This document shows positions 51,119 to 64,000 of a DNA stretch of 64,000 bases, one piece after another; the stretch's first letter is position 1, and each line of letters begins with the position of its first letter. The translations under genes were made by a program, and so were the position numbers. The notes beneath the pieces are model-generated. The model saw nothing but the letters and a program-made list of their open reading frames with translations, ran no database searches and had not been told where the DNA came from. The DNA is from Vermamoeba vermiformis (taxonomy: Eukaryota). The stretch covers positions 62,001 through 126,000 of the forward strand of contig JBEWZL010000287.1 in assembly GCA_045837725.1 (NCBI GenBank), given 5' to 3'.

Positions 51119-53471
51119 ATGAGTGGAATTGGATCCAACGTTGTTGCACTTTTGCTCGTGATTTGTGTTTCATTTGCGGTGGCTACACATTACCGCATTG
51201 AGTCTAAAACAGGTAACTATAACTCATTATAATATTTAGCATCACTTTAAACCAGCTGTTTGCTCGCTTATTATTGCAATCCGTTAATTTGTTGAAAAGA
51301 CATCCACAATTTATTCTCTAAATAAATTTAAAATGCCATAAATAATATTTCAATATAATAAATTGTTGAATTACTCGGATCGAATGCTCTAGAATAGTTG
51401 GGAAATTTTTTAGCTCACAAATGAATTTTCTATCTATTGTTCGTTGAACATTTGTGTCCGGATCCCAACCAATGCACGGGCGTTTATGTATTAACATACT
51501 TTTTCAACAGATTGTGGCACTTCCGAATGTCTATCTTATTTAGCAGGCCGACAAAAATTAGTTGAAAAAGAAGAATCACTTTATTATGATGCTAATGAGA
51601 GTATGAACGACTTAGAAAAGACAGGTAATTATTTGTACATATATATTGTGAATATAATCGTCTTATTTGGACCTAATTTTTAAATTCTATTTTTAGCGGA
51701 TCAGCTCCTCGAACAACTTCGCAATGATGAAATGCGCCAAACGTTCTATTCGCCTTCATTTAACTTCCGAGACGTTAAAGAAGCAATAGAACAAAAAAGC
51801 AAGATATTTCCGCTGCTGAAGAAGATGCCTAAAGGCACGTATAATATAAAATTTTCGTATTAAAAATTCGTACTAACTTTAGCAATTAGGTGCGTTGTTA
51901 CATAACCATGGATTTATGGACAGTTGGTTTATTATTCGCAACGGAACATATCGCGACGATTGTTATATGAATACAGCCTCTAATAAGTACGTCTAAGTCA
52001 AATTTCAAAAACTCTTGAAAATTTATTAAATTTATTTTTTCATTTTTAGGTTCGCGTATTTCACTTCACCTCCTAGCGGCAGTTGGGTTAGAGTCAATGC
52101 ACTTCGAGCTCAATCGAAGAACGTTACAGACTTTGATTACAAGCTCTGGCTGACGACTCAATTTTTCACGCCCGATGACACTGTCGGAGAAGATCCGATG
52201 TGGGAAGAATTCGACGATGTTATTCGAAAGTAAGACACTCATATTACTACTATAGACCTCGTTGTTAACACGATTCAACAGAGTTTCGTTGCTGGGCTTT
52301 TATAGTCCCGTGTGGGAAGCAGCGATATTGGACGGCTTTCAAAAGCTCGTGGACGATGGAATTCAACACATTGAAGTGCGCGGCATTCACAAGCCTTATG
52401 GCGGACCTCTATTGTACAAAAACACGACGAAATTAATTCACAAGTACTTGGATCTGCTCAAACGTAAGTTCCTCATACTTCGCAAATACACCTATATTTT
52501 TTCTATCATAATGTCTCATTCATATCATTTTTAAACCAAGATCTGGCTTTTTTTTTTGATGCTAATTTGTGTGCGTTTAGAGTTCAATGAGTTCACTGGT
52601 TCCAAGCTGACTATGCGCTGGATTGTTGCAGCTGGTCGCAATCTCGGTCGAGATGCAGTGTGGCTGAAGATGATGGAGGCCGTCAATCTCCGACAGCAGT
52701 TCCCGGATCTGGTCATTGGATTTGACTTGGTCGATGAAGAAGATCGATTCTACACGTTGTTGCACTACTTGGACTTGTTCATGAAAATGGATACTTATAC
52801 TAAAAGTCATAATTTGTCCAGTAAGTCGTCAAAGAGGATCCAGCGCGTCAATTCCTAATAATTTCTTTTAGATTTGAATTATTACTTCCACGCTGGTGAA
52901 ACTTTTTGGAACAAAAAATCACACGAGAACCTCTACGATGCTGTATTATTAAATGCAAAGAGAGTTGGTAAGTTCGATCTGCTGTTAGTTTTAGATCACG
53001 CGGATCTGACGTGTTTTAGGCCATGGACTTGCGTTGAAAGATCATCCTATATTAATGCAAATGATGATTCAACAGAACATTGCCGTCGAGGTAATATTCA
53101 TACGATAATAACGTATAATTATCCATTACTAATCGTGGGTTAACCAGCTCAACCCTATCAGTAACCAACTTTTGCGTTACATTCCTGACATGAGAAATCA
53201 TCCTGCAGTAGTTATGATGAATAACGGCGTGCCAGTTACTATCAGCAACGACGATCCAATGATCTACGGCTATAACGGCTTAAGTTACGATTTTTACACT
53301 GCATACATGTCGTGGAATATTACGCTTAGAGATTTGAAACAATTGACGCAAAACTCGTTAGAATACAGCTCGTTGCGCGGTCAAGATTTGTCAAACGCGT
53401 TGGACTCTTGGCAACAAGCGTGGAAGAATTGGATCCAGTGGCTTGTTAGTCAAAAGAAAAATCTTCTCTAA
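51119..53471 (+). CDS. ADA2: Secreted adenosine deaminase (ADA2/ADGF family)
   Basis: Signal peptide, KMPKGALLHNH, GFDLVDEED, YFHAGET, RVGHG, NPISNQLL..DMRNHP, ISNDDP. Confidence 0.9.
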
Positions 53472-53645
53472 TGTATTAAATAACAATATAATAAGACCAA
53501 AATAAAATAAGCGATTCTAATAGCATTTTTTTTCGTATGTCAAAAACGGCTCACAAACTCGTTCAGCTAAAAATTATCAATAATCGAAGTTTCTTTACCT
53601 GAAGACCATAAGGATTGTTATTTATTAATATGAAAATATAATATA

Positions 53646-56600
53646 ATGGGTAATGCACAAGGAAGGTCATTACTGCAGAAATATCAAAAGGTTGCAAGTT
53701 CGTTAACGAAATCTAAAGACGAGAGAGCAATTAAAAAAATATTCAAGGTAATAATTAATTCTCTATTAATACAATATATAAACCAACAGCATACTGATGA
53801 ATTTAAAAATAAACTCAATTTTCTGAACGGATTTTGAATTTCTATTCACAAAAATTCGTTTTTAGAAATATGACCGTGATCAAGATGGAAAATTGAACAA
53901 AGACGAAGCTCTACTTTACATAAAAGACGTTTTAGATATTTCTGGGCTTGCAAAACAGATCTGGGTAAGAAAATTAAATTTCACAACGGCTTGTTTAATA
54001 TCTAAATCATTATAGGACGATGCCATTTATCTAGATAATCCTCAAAAATATTATGATGATTTATTGGAGGCTGTATATAATCGTATGGATGAATCTCGAA
54101 AAGGATACATCGATCTGCCCCAATTAATCAAGCCTAACCAAGAATTCTATGAATTTTTGAATTCAACTGCTGAAATGCTCGAGCACCAATTCCAGACCCA
54201 AATCTTCGAGAAGTAAGTGCTATCTGAATTTTTTAGCATTTTTTTTGACGCAGATCTCGTCAACTTCGTTCTAAGTCTATTTGTGCCATATTAATTGTTC
54301 AAATATTAATATAAGCCATTACAATCGTATTTATTTCTAAAATTGCTATTGGAGCGCTGGGTATTAAGTTCTATTTTTAGAGCCATCCAAAAAGACATTG
54401 ACGAGGTTAAAAAAGCCTGCAAGGACCTAAATTTTATCAAAAGTAAGTCGAATTATTATAATTAACGTCGTTATTAACTATTCGAACGTTTCTTTTAGGT
54501 ATTCAATTCGAGTCCGTCAAGCAAGTCAATAAGATTAAATTTGTTATGCAGCCAAAGCCCGATTTTCAATTTGAATTTTTTATTCGAATTCCGCACGACT
54601 TTCCATTCGGCTATTTGAAGTGCTCAATACCGAGGGACGCGGAGACTATGAATTTGGATTACCTTGATATTCTTGAAGTAAGCCAGAACGACTATATTTG
54701 TTCATAAGGTCTATTATAGTAACCTTAATTCATATTTTTTAGCGTATTGAAAATGACGTTAATGAAGCCTGCAAAAAGAAAGAAATATCCATCGGAGATC
54801 TGTTCAAGCTATTTTTAACAGGTACGAGAATACTTAGCTTTAATTACCATCTACTTACCTAACCTTATTTATTTACTTATAGAACTAACGCGAGAATTTT
54901 CTCTGGATTTGCCTCCTGACTTCAAACTCGAATCGTTGAAACAAGTGCGTATCTACGTACACGAGCGTGGTTAGCGCTCCTCGGAAAAAAATGAAAATTT
55001 TATAAAATCACTGTTAAAGTGTTATTATGGCATATTGTAATACAGTATGCGAAACTAATGGTATTTTTGAAATAGATCTGGAAAGCGCAAAATGCAGATC
55101 TGTCGGACTCAGAAATCGAGATTGAAGTCAGTAAGACACCGCTTCACATCGACGCAATTGAAGCTGAATGCGTGTTCGGACACAAAGTGACCTTCATTCA
55201 AAGTGTCAATGTCGTTAGATTTGCTATTGACGCCACGGCATTGCCTTCACATCTCGCCGAAGCTTTTGGTACGAACATAATTTTCACTGAAACAATCATT
55301 CACTGAAACTAAAATTCACTGAAAAACCTTTCCGACGCTCTATGACGTCGTTTAAACTATAGATTATCGATCAAAATGTTAAATTAATTCATTTTTTGTT
55401 TTTAGGCATCAAAGATAGGTCACAAGATCACGCGTTAATTTCAGTGCAATTCGACGAAAATTATTTGTTGTCGCCCAAACCTCCGACAGTGAAGTTATTA
55501 CCGAGGATTGTTCAAGAAAAAGAAGACGCCGGTGAAGAAAGCAGCACTAGTCCGAGCAAAGCTGAAGCTAAAAAGGCGAAAAAAAAGTATTTGGACACTC
55601 ATTTGAACACGTTATTTTCAAGCGTTATGGTACGAACTCGAAAAAATATCACATTTTTTCACGGCAATGACAAAGATATTTTCTTAACTTTTTCACACCA
55701 AATTTTTTTTCCTCCAATTTTCATCGCGATATAAATAACATCGATGATAATGCATCAATATAACAGTGAATTTTTCCCGGTATTAATATGAAAAATTTTT
55801 TGTTCAGCTGTTGATCGTACAACATTACTTGCAACAACGCTGGCCTACCGTTTTAAGCACTGAAATGCCAGACGTGTCAAAAATAACTCCAGCGACAGTT
55901 TATTCGGCCCAAAGCCCTGAACCTGCGCCAGTTTCTCCACCGGCCGCTAAACCAGTGCGAAGAAATCCGGTTTTGCCCAAGCGAGCTCCTGCCAAATTAG
56001 CAGCGGCAAAAAAGAATCCACTTCGACGGCCAGCCGTGATTACAGTCCACAATATCAATGCTCCACCGCCACCTCCAATCTCGCCGTATCTCAATCCAGA
56101 TTCTTACAGCGGATCAGACGATTCGGACTCGGAATGCATGAATGATGAATCCAGCGAAGAACTGGCTAGCAATAATCTTAATGAAGAAGAAAATAATAAT
56201 AACAATAACGCTAATAATAATGAGAATCAACTTGATAACAATAATATCGAACAAAATAACGGTGAAGGAAATATCACACTTACATTTGATATTGGCAATA
56301 ATAATAATAATAATAGTAATAGTGACAACAATAATAATGATGGCAATAAGAAAGAAGAGCCAATCGACAAAGAGCCGTTGTTCGGAGGTGAATTCGAGGT
56401 CCAACGCGATCGAAGTGTGACAGTAGACAGCGTGACAGAAGAGGACAAAGAAGATGAAACGGTGTTTGAGAACTTGGACAACACTCGTGTGTTAGGCTTC
56501 TTAAGAACGAGCGTCTATGACTTGAAAAAGTTGATCAACACCGAGGCACAAAAACAGGTACGTTTCACGATCAAAATTTTCGTTACAATATTTGCTTTCT

Positions 56601-58397
56601 ATCATTTTAATTTTGTCGTCAATAATTCTAAATTGACAGATAACACTAGCGTAATTTTTAAGGCCATTTTTGAATTTTTTCACGCGGGAAATTTTTCAGT
56701 TAGAATCGTTCAAAATTACTAACAAATGTTCTTTTTGACTTGCAGCATCAACAAGATGTCGCAGAAGTGCGTGAATGGTTGGATCAAGGCATCAAACAAG
56801 TTGCAATTGCCAAAGCACTATCGTTGACCAAGTTGAATCCGTCAAAGGCCATGGAACTGTACATCGATGCTGGTGGTGAAGTAGAAGTCGTTGAAAAGTT
56901 GCACGACTTGACTGAGAGACAAAAATTGACTGATTGGAAGTACAAAAATTTCTTGCTCGAACTCGGCTGTTACCTCTCATTTGCGGTAGCGCAGCTCGGC
57001 GGCTATTGCTTAGTTTGCGGTCAAGAAGTTGCCCAAGCCACGAGGGCGGCACCTCTTAACATTTGCACTCGCGTAAGTCACGTGATTTTAATTGCCATAT
57101 TAGGAAATATCGCGTCTAACCGATGGTCTTCAAACTTTTAGCCGACCTGTCGATACTTCCATTGGAGATTTTTCCGAGATATTCCGATTAGTATTAGCTG
57201 TTCTTACGTGGCCCCAGAGATTGTTTCTAATCCCAACGAAGTCGATCTATTAGTAAGTCCGAAAAAGTTGACGAAACCTGCCATGTTGCAACTGACATAA
57301 TTATTTCACAGATTACGTTGTGTTATTCCGCTGCTGCCTCAACTCGAAATAATCTCATTTTCAATCCCAAACCACCTGTATGTCTTAAATTATTCCGTGA
57401 TGATGTAATGTCATCGCTCCTAACATTTATCAACCTTATCAGAATATGGAAGCACACCAAGTAGTGGCTTTACTCGATAGCATGCCTCCTGTTGAACAAA
57501 TTAAAGCCCATTGCGCAGTAAGTTCTGAATTAACGCTTATTTGCAACAATTTTTTTTGACCGGATCTGTTCTATAGAGTGAAGGCACGTTGAAGGAGTTC
57601 CTCAAATCTGTCAATCCTGCATCATATGAACAACAATACAAGTTCTTGTTTTGGTTGCTCGGTGTGGACAGAGGTCGTTTGATTCGATTGCCGTTCCATA
57701 AAAGACTACACATTATGAACACCAAGCATCAGTACATTATGACCGTCATTTGCGAGCCCGAGAGGTATCGTAGATTATCATTTACCATATTGTTTTTGAG
57801 GCACACACTAACAACCAATCATTGGCAGACGCCTCAAGTTCGAACAAGCACGCAAAAAGTACGGAAGTTTTTTCGCGTACCACGGCTCAGGAATGGACAA
57901 CTGGGTAAGTTAATCATTATAAAAATTGACTGTGAAACGTTATTAATCGTATAATTTGAAGCACGCAATTGTACGATCGGGATTGAAGAATGTAAGCAAC
58001 ACTTCATTGATGACTTCTGGAGCTGCTTTTGGACCAGGTGTTTATCTCGCAGCTGATTCTGATACTTCATTTGGCTATGCCCGGCTAGGTAACTATAATC
58101 CTATAACAATAATTTAACAGTAACATATATAACTTATCTTATGAAGGTACAACATGGCGTAACTCGAAGTGGGGTTCATCGGGTTCAGCGTTTTGTTTGG
58201 CAATTGTTGAAGTCGCAAAAGCACCAGGCGTACCGCTAGTGCCAAAGCCTTATTACGTAGTGCAAGAAGATCAATACGTGATGCCTCGTGTGTTTTTGTT
58301 TTACACGAGGCAGAAGAACTGGGCAACGACTCCTAGAATCGGTGCTAAGGCGTTGAATTTGCACAGTTATTTTAGCTCTCAAGATGTATTGTTCTAA
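53646..58397 (+). CDS. PARP6/8/16-like mono-ADP-ribosyltransferase with N-myristoylation motif and EF-hands
   Basis: MGNAQG start, EF-hands DRDQDGKLNKDE and DESRKGYIDLPQ, Cys cluster CLVCG..ICT..C, catalytic AYHGS..NWHAIVRSGL..GPGVYLA..SFGY..CLAIVEV..PYYVV. Confidence 0.85.
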
Positions 58398-58515
58398 CGT
58401 TTTGTACATAAATCTGAAATTTTTGCTGAGGGTTAGGGTTTAACTAAACAAATTGCAGCTGAACAGCGAAATTCCAGACAAGTGGATCCAAAAAGATACA
58501 TATATTGGCTATTAA

Positions 58516-60517
58516 CTACAAGTGATACACGATAGTCTCGTTAGGACCTTGACTGATCAACCCCCGTTCAATCATCTTGCACACAACTTGTTCCGGTTCA
58601 ACTGCCTTCTTCTTGATGCACAGTTGCGTCAAGCTGTTAATGAGTCCATCGAGCGTTCTCGGCGTGTTTTGCGGTGCCATCACCCACGCTTGACACCTGT
58701 CATATAATGATTAGCATGGCGTGTAATAAAATATTCAGCATTCACAGAAAATAGTGTCAAAAGTGCACGTGTCAAACTCCATGTTTTGACACGTGTGAAA
58801 CTGTTACATACCGTTCATAAGCCTCTTCTTCTTGACTCTTTTCTTGGTAGTGTCCTCCACCGTAGAATGAGCCGAAGTAATCGTTGTTGCCACGTGACTG
58901 GTACCCTGAACTCTGACTCGAAGTCACGGTCTGACTCTCACTCTTGCGCGTGTACTTGACATCTCCGTTCGGCTGTGGCTTGATGTACCCTTCATTTTCA
59001 AGCTTTTTCATGATTGGTGCAACTGGTGTTTCTTGCCTTAAAAGGAAATCGGTTACATATGCATACCAGCAATGATTCATTTGGATCTAGTACGTACTTT
59101 AATCTACACATTGGCCTGATGCTAGTCTTCAACTTGTCTCTAGTCTTGGGCAACTTTGATGGATCAAGATCGAGCAACCACTGCTTCAAACGAACGATCA
59201 CGAGATCCACTGGATCTGTCAACGTCGCTAACATAACATATATTAGTGCTATTACTTGGTATGACATACTATATTGATCACTAATAAAGAAACGATGCGT
59301 AAAATTATTGCAAAGATTGTTGTCGACAAGAGTAAATGTGAAATTTCTTTGCCGGATGTGACTTACACGGATCTTCTTCCTTCAACAGCTCAGGGTTAGT
59401 AACTGCTTCACTATCATCTTCATCCTCACTACTACTAGTTCCTAATTTCACTGAATGCTTAATCTCAAAAGGTGTCGTAGCACCACGAGCAATCAAGTGG
59501 ATCTGATCCACCGTGAAAACGATCGGCTTCAATCTCAATCCAAATTCGTCTCTTCTTCTTTCAGTAGCAAGCTGCAAATATAACAATATTAGGTCTGCAA
59601 ATGAAAATAATTAAATTAACATGAGCCATAATAATTTTTCATAGTCAAGGTCAAAAAATATCTTTTGGTATACGAATGGTGTGTGCCGCAAATTGATATT
59701 TCTATAATAAATTTGATAAATTTGATAATTTTTACCTTGCCAGTGAATTGTCCAACTGTCAAATGCGGGTGAAATCCGTGTTCACTTCGCGTACTCAGAT
59801 CATCGCAGATTGGAAACGCTTTCCACAACGCGGCTTGCAAATCGAGTAGAGCATTCTCTGGCTATACATAAATAATATTAATAATTTCCTGTACGTTTCG
59901 CAAACCAAGAAGATTGAATCAAGATCCGGATCCAAAAAAAAATTTCTTCAGGTTTTCAAATAATGATAACAAAATATCCATATAATAATATTATATATTA
60001 CCTCTACTTCAGGATTCATGAATAAAGTGCAACTTCGTCCGTGCTCGAAGAAATCAAATTTCTTGAAGGTGATTTTGAACGGTTGAATTTTACCAACAGC
60101 TTTTTGAACCTTGTCTAAATTCGCGGCAAATTGTGCTTCGGGAAGGAAAGGATAAAGCTATAATAATATTGGTTAATAACACTTCTTTGATCATAAAGGT
60201 TTATTTGTATTTTTTGATTTTTTAAAAATTTGACTTCAATATCGAATCAAATAACATGATAATAATATTCTAAATATTTATAATGTATTTAATCGATATT
60301 CGATTAAATTAGAATTTTTGTGGGTTTTTTGAGGCCGGAATTTGAGATCTCTATAACCGTCACCATCATATAGATAATTAAATACGGTGCTTACAAGATT
60401 AATATGAGGCATCCATCGCTCATATGATTTATCGTGCTTCGCTCGAATGTCTTGAATCTGCTGCCACATAGATTCAGGCGGCATTACAACAACCGCACTC
60501 GAAACTACTTTCTCCAT
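58516..60517 (-). CDS. 2H phosphoesterase (2',5' RNA ligase/LENG9-like) with duplicated C-terminal domain
   Basis: SAVVVMPP..IQDIR..HD..YERWMPHINL and FHPHLTVGQF (two HxT-like motifs). Two related C-terminal units. Confidence 0.82.
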
Positions 60518-60810
60518 AGTCTGCTTATTGTATTCTACTACTAGCAAACAGCAAAAAAGAACTGGATTTTGGTTTGGCCTAATTTATTGTTTAGGCGTCA
60601 GATCGTAGAAAAATAACAGAAATGGAGTTGTGGTCCTGTGGTCCGATTACACTAATAGCAAATATGCATGAAAACATATATGAAGCGCTACTGATTCTGA
60701 TTCATAACAATAATATATGGGTAAAATCTGTTACTATGATAAATAACAGCGGCGAGTAAAACGCATCTCAATGGAGTCTCTTGGTAGAATGAACTACTTG
60801 TATGGATGAC

Positions 60811-63072
60811 TTAATTTATTTTCGCTTGATATTAACATGCTTCGCTGGCTTGTTCGGTCGTCGGTAAACCGTTTCAAGCACGTACATGAATTGATTGAAA
60901 TGGTGCATCAGTTTTTCGCGATTGTTGGGGTTCTTATTCGCTAATAAATAATCTGCCATTGCCAGCTCGAGCAAATTTCCATCTTTAATCCTATTAAATA
61001 CGAAACTAAATTAATTCATGTGGATGTCGAGTAACCAAATCCGGTTTTCCAATAGAATTTGTTTAAAATGTTGGGCTAGACCTATTGGAGTTAATACTTA
61101 CTGTTGTAATAATTCTCTGGCGGCTAATAACGTCGCTGCACTGATTTCCTTTCCGGATTCGTTTTTCCAGTTGGCTTGAGTATGCGCTCCAAAATCACCT
61201 TCAGGATCATATCCTCGCTGACTAACGTCTTTGTACCAATAGCACATAGCTTTGTTCACTAACACGTCGAATTTTTGCTCTTCATAAGCCGCAGTGTTGT
61301 CCGCGCTTGGCGACTCCGCATCCAACTTTTTGCTACAAGCAAATAAGATCATTAGATATCCTTAGCTTAATATTATATGTATAGTATTAAATGAAATGTA
61401 CTTACAACTCCTCCTCTTCTTTGGTTAAAAAGAATGAAAAGTCGTGCGCTGCTTTCAAATACTCTCGGTTATGAAAGTGACATTGTGCTCGCGTTAAATA
61501 CGCTAAATGCATGTCTTTCTGGATAAATCGATTGTATATTAGCACTACATCACTATTAATTGGCTACTACAGCAACCACAATAAAATAACAGAAAAGAGG
61601 ATCCAGATGTGGATCAACATTTTGCTTAGTATTACCTTTAAACTTATCGCCTTCTCGGTATCTTGCAATGCTTTGTCCCAATTTCCTACTCCTAAGTAAC
61701 AATTTGCTCTTTTCGCTAACAAATCGGTGTTTTCTGGATCCAATTTCAACGCATTCGAAAAATTTACAATTGCCTTAGGAAAATCGTCCTTCAAATATAT
61801 TATTAGCGGTTTATATTAATTTTCATTCATATATTACTCACGGTGATATAATTGATAATTCCTAATCCCGCAAATGCCTCTTTTTCATGCTCTTTGTTTT
61901 GACCGCTCAAAATTTCGTTGTATAAACTCTTTGCGGCATCAATACTAAGGAATATAAGCATTAATATATACTATATTATGCATATATGTACCTACTTATA
62001 TGCTCGCAAATAAACATCAGCCAATAATAAGCGAATTCTAGGGTTCGAATCATGCTTCAATGCCTGAAAGGTAGATCCGACGTTAAAACCGATACATCAA
62101 TGTTTTATATAATATAGAGGTACCTCTTTATAATCCTCGATGCATCTATGCATATCTCCTATTTTCGAGTACAAATTTGCTCGACTAACGTACGCTTCAC
62201 CAAACTACATCAACAAAAAAGGTCAGCAATGCGGTAATTAAGATCAATGAATTATATATATATACCTTTTCATTAATAAATAGTGCTTGTTCATATTGCT
62301 TCAGAGCCTTTTTGATGTCTTTCAAGCCTTCGTAACATCGACCAATCAATAAAAGCAGCGGTGCATTCATTCGATTTATTCCTAGAGCCTAAAACTCATT
62401 ATAATTAGCATAATTATGTATATTATATTATGAGGGTCAATATTAGTACCTTTTCTAAATCAGGCAAAGCAAGAGCAGGTTTGCCTTCCAAAAGTAAGCA
62501 TTCGCCGCGATTAATCAACGCTTCGCCGTTGCCCGGCTGATCATTTAACACTTCTGAATATAATCGAATAGCGAGCTCATATTGGCCGCCTTTTTTAAGC
62601 TCGTTAGCTGAGTGCAGCGCATCCACGATCGGATCCTATTTGAACCAACTCATTAGAAACTATCCTCTTGAAAAATTGCTACACGTATTTAATGTTATTG
62701 TATTGTTATAATCTTTGGATTGTCAAGGTTAACAGAGCCCATAAATATGAGTTCATTAGCGTTTTTTAATTTACCTCGTGCCTGGAAGTCGTAAATGAAC
62801 CTTCTTCTTTATTTCTATTACGTATGCTGGTTGAAAATGATTTGTGCAAATTTTTCTGACGCTCTAGCAGAGAGATTTGGATCAGATCCGCAATTGTCAT
62901 ACGCTCAAGCACTATTTACGTACCGCAATTCGGACTAAAAATATTAACATTATTTTTCAATGGCTTTTTGCTGTTATTTGTTGTGGTTGTCAAACAACGA
63001 GCGTAGATTTGCCTCCTGCACTGATCGAGATCTCGTGCACAGCCTTGATAAGGCTGCTCTCGATATCAACAT
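60811..63072 (-). CDS. TPR-repeat protein, multi-exon; start uncertain
   Basis: Repeated TPR patterns: ANELKKGGQYELAIRLYSEVL..PGNGEALINRGEC and KAIVNFSNALKLDPENTDLLAKRANCY. Confidence 0.78.
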
Positions 63073-63216
63073 TATGTTATTCGTGCCAAATATAAGCTAA
63101 AAACAGTATTTTCACCCGATCCGCGATAGTTTTCTAATTTATCAAATTTATGAAATTTTTTGTCGCTAAGTTTTTCGTCATCATAAGACTACTTATAATA
63201 ATACATCAGCCACAAT

Positions 63217-64000
63217 ATGAGCTCGCAAAAGATGGAACAGGACTTCACTCCCTTAGTGGAGGAGAAGATCCCTGAGAACAGAAAATTGGCTTTGGAGGTA
63301 AAATACTAGATGTTGCTTTGTCAAAAACAAATTTCACTTTTTGACGGCATTAAATTATAAATAATATTCATATAGGCATTATAATAATATAGGGCTTATT
63401 AAGCAAGCCGCTAATATTTTCAATTTTGAAAATTTTATGGTATTGACTAATATTGATTTGTAGCACAAGAACCTCGCCCAAGCTATTGAAAATTTGTTAG
63501 TTATTGAAAAACAAACCAGAAACGTAAGTTCAATGCTAAAATACGAAGATAAAACCATCAACAAAGCGAATCTAAAAAATTGGAAAAACTTTCCATTACA
63601 AACCCCATTTATTTCAAGCTCCTATTGCTAAAATATTTGATAATGTATTTTTGTAATAATTATTGATGGCTTATAACTAATATCAAATTGAAAAGGGTGG
63701 AGATTCACCATCGACTGGAAAAATTTTGTCAGCCATCGTAGAACTCTGCTATGAAACGAAGGACTTTAAGGCACTCAATGAAAATATCGTATTATTGTCA
63801 AAGCGAAGAGGCCAATTGAAACAGGTAAGAAACTATGGCCACCTCAAAAAAATTCAAATCTGGCAAACTCAAATAGACTCGCGCACCAAATATTGGCAAA
63901 ATTCTAATTTAAATTATTTTAGGCTATTAAAGTCATGGTCAAGAAGGCAATGTCATTCTTGGAGTCCCTTGACTACGACCACAAAATGGAATTAATCGAC
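63217..64000 (+). CDS. PSMD12: 26S proteasome regulatory subunit RPN5 (5' part)
   Basis: KMEQDFT, AIENLLVIEKQTR, LNENIVLLSKRRGQLKQAI..MV. Confidence 0.93.

Noticed and set aside
55281-55326. Three ttcactgaaa repeats
   Set aside because: Short intronic tandem repeat with 6-8-bp spacing. Not CRISPR-like.
56170-56350. aat-rich tract generating Ile-rich or Leu-rich ORFs in other frames
   Set aside because: Poly-Asn low-complexity coding sequence of the PARP gene. The other ORFs are shadows.

Overview
This is gene-dense, intron-rich eukaryotic DNA with the standard code, short AT-rich GT-AG introns and CTAAC/CTAAT branch points. Poly-Asn tracts and a TKL receptor kinase suggest an amoebozoan protist (inference). 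Housekeeping genes include farnesyltransferase beta, an AADAT-like aminotransferase, PI4-kinase, myo-inositol dehydrogenase, an MDR oxidoreductase, ADA2 and RPN5. An accessory zone at about 9-30 kb holds: (i) a head-to-head pair of a RAMA-domain gene and an intron-containing restriction-type (ResIII-like) SF2 helicase that ends in a second RAMA-like domain and looks damaged at its 5' end; (ii) two paralogs with intronless CDS and C-terminal F-boxes; (iii) a MITE with an 8-bp TSD; (iv) a WWE gene; (v) an intact three-intron Ginger-like integrase DNA transposon with a 6-bp TSD; (vi) two tandem head-to-head pairs of novel small secreted proteins; (vii) one of two inverted copies of an F-box/SNF2 gene (the other is at 1-2.5 kb). 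Further along are a strongly CpG-depleted F-box/TPR/pseudo-PARP gene, a GPI-type blue-copper protein, a myristoylated EF-hand PARP6/8-like gene and a 2H-phosphoesterase. All gene models were spliced and all domains were recognised by eye without searches, so boundaries are approximate.
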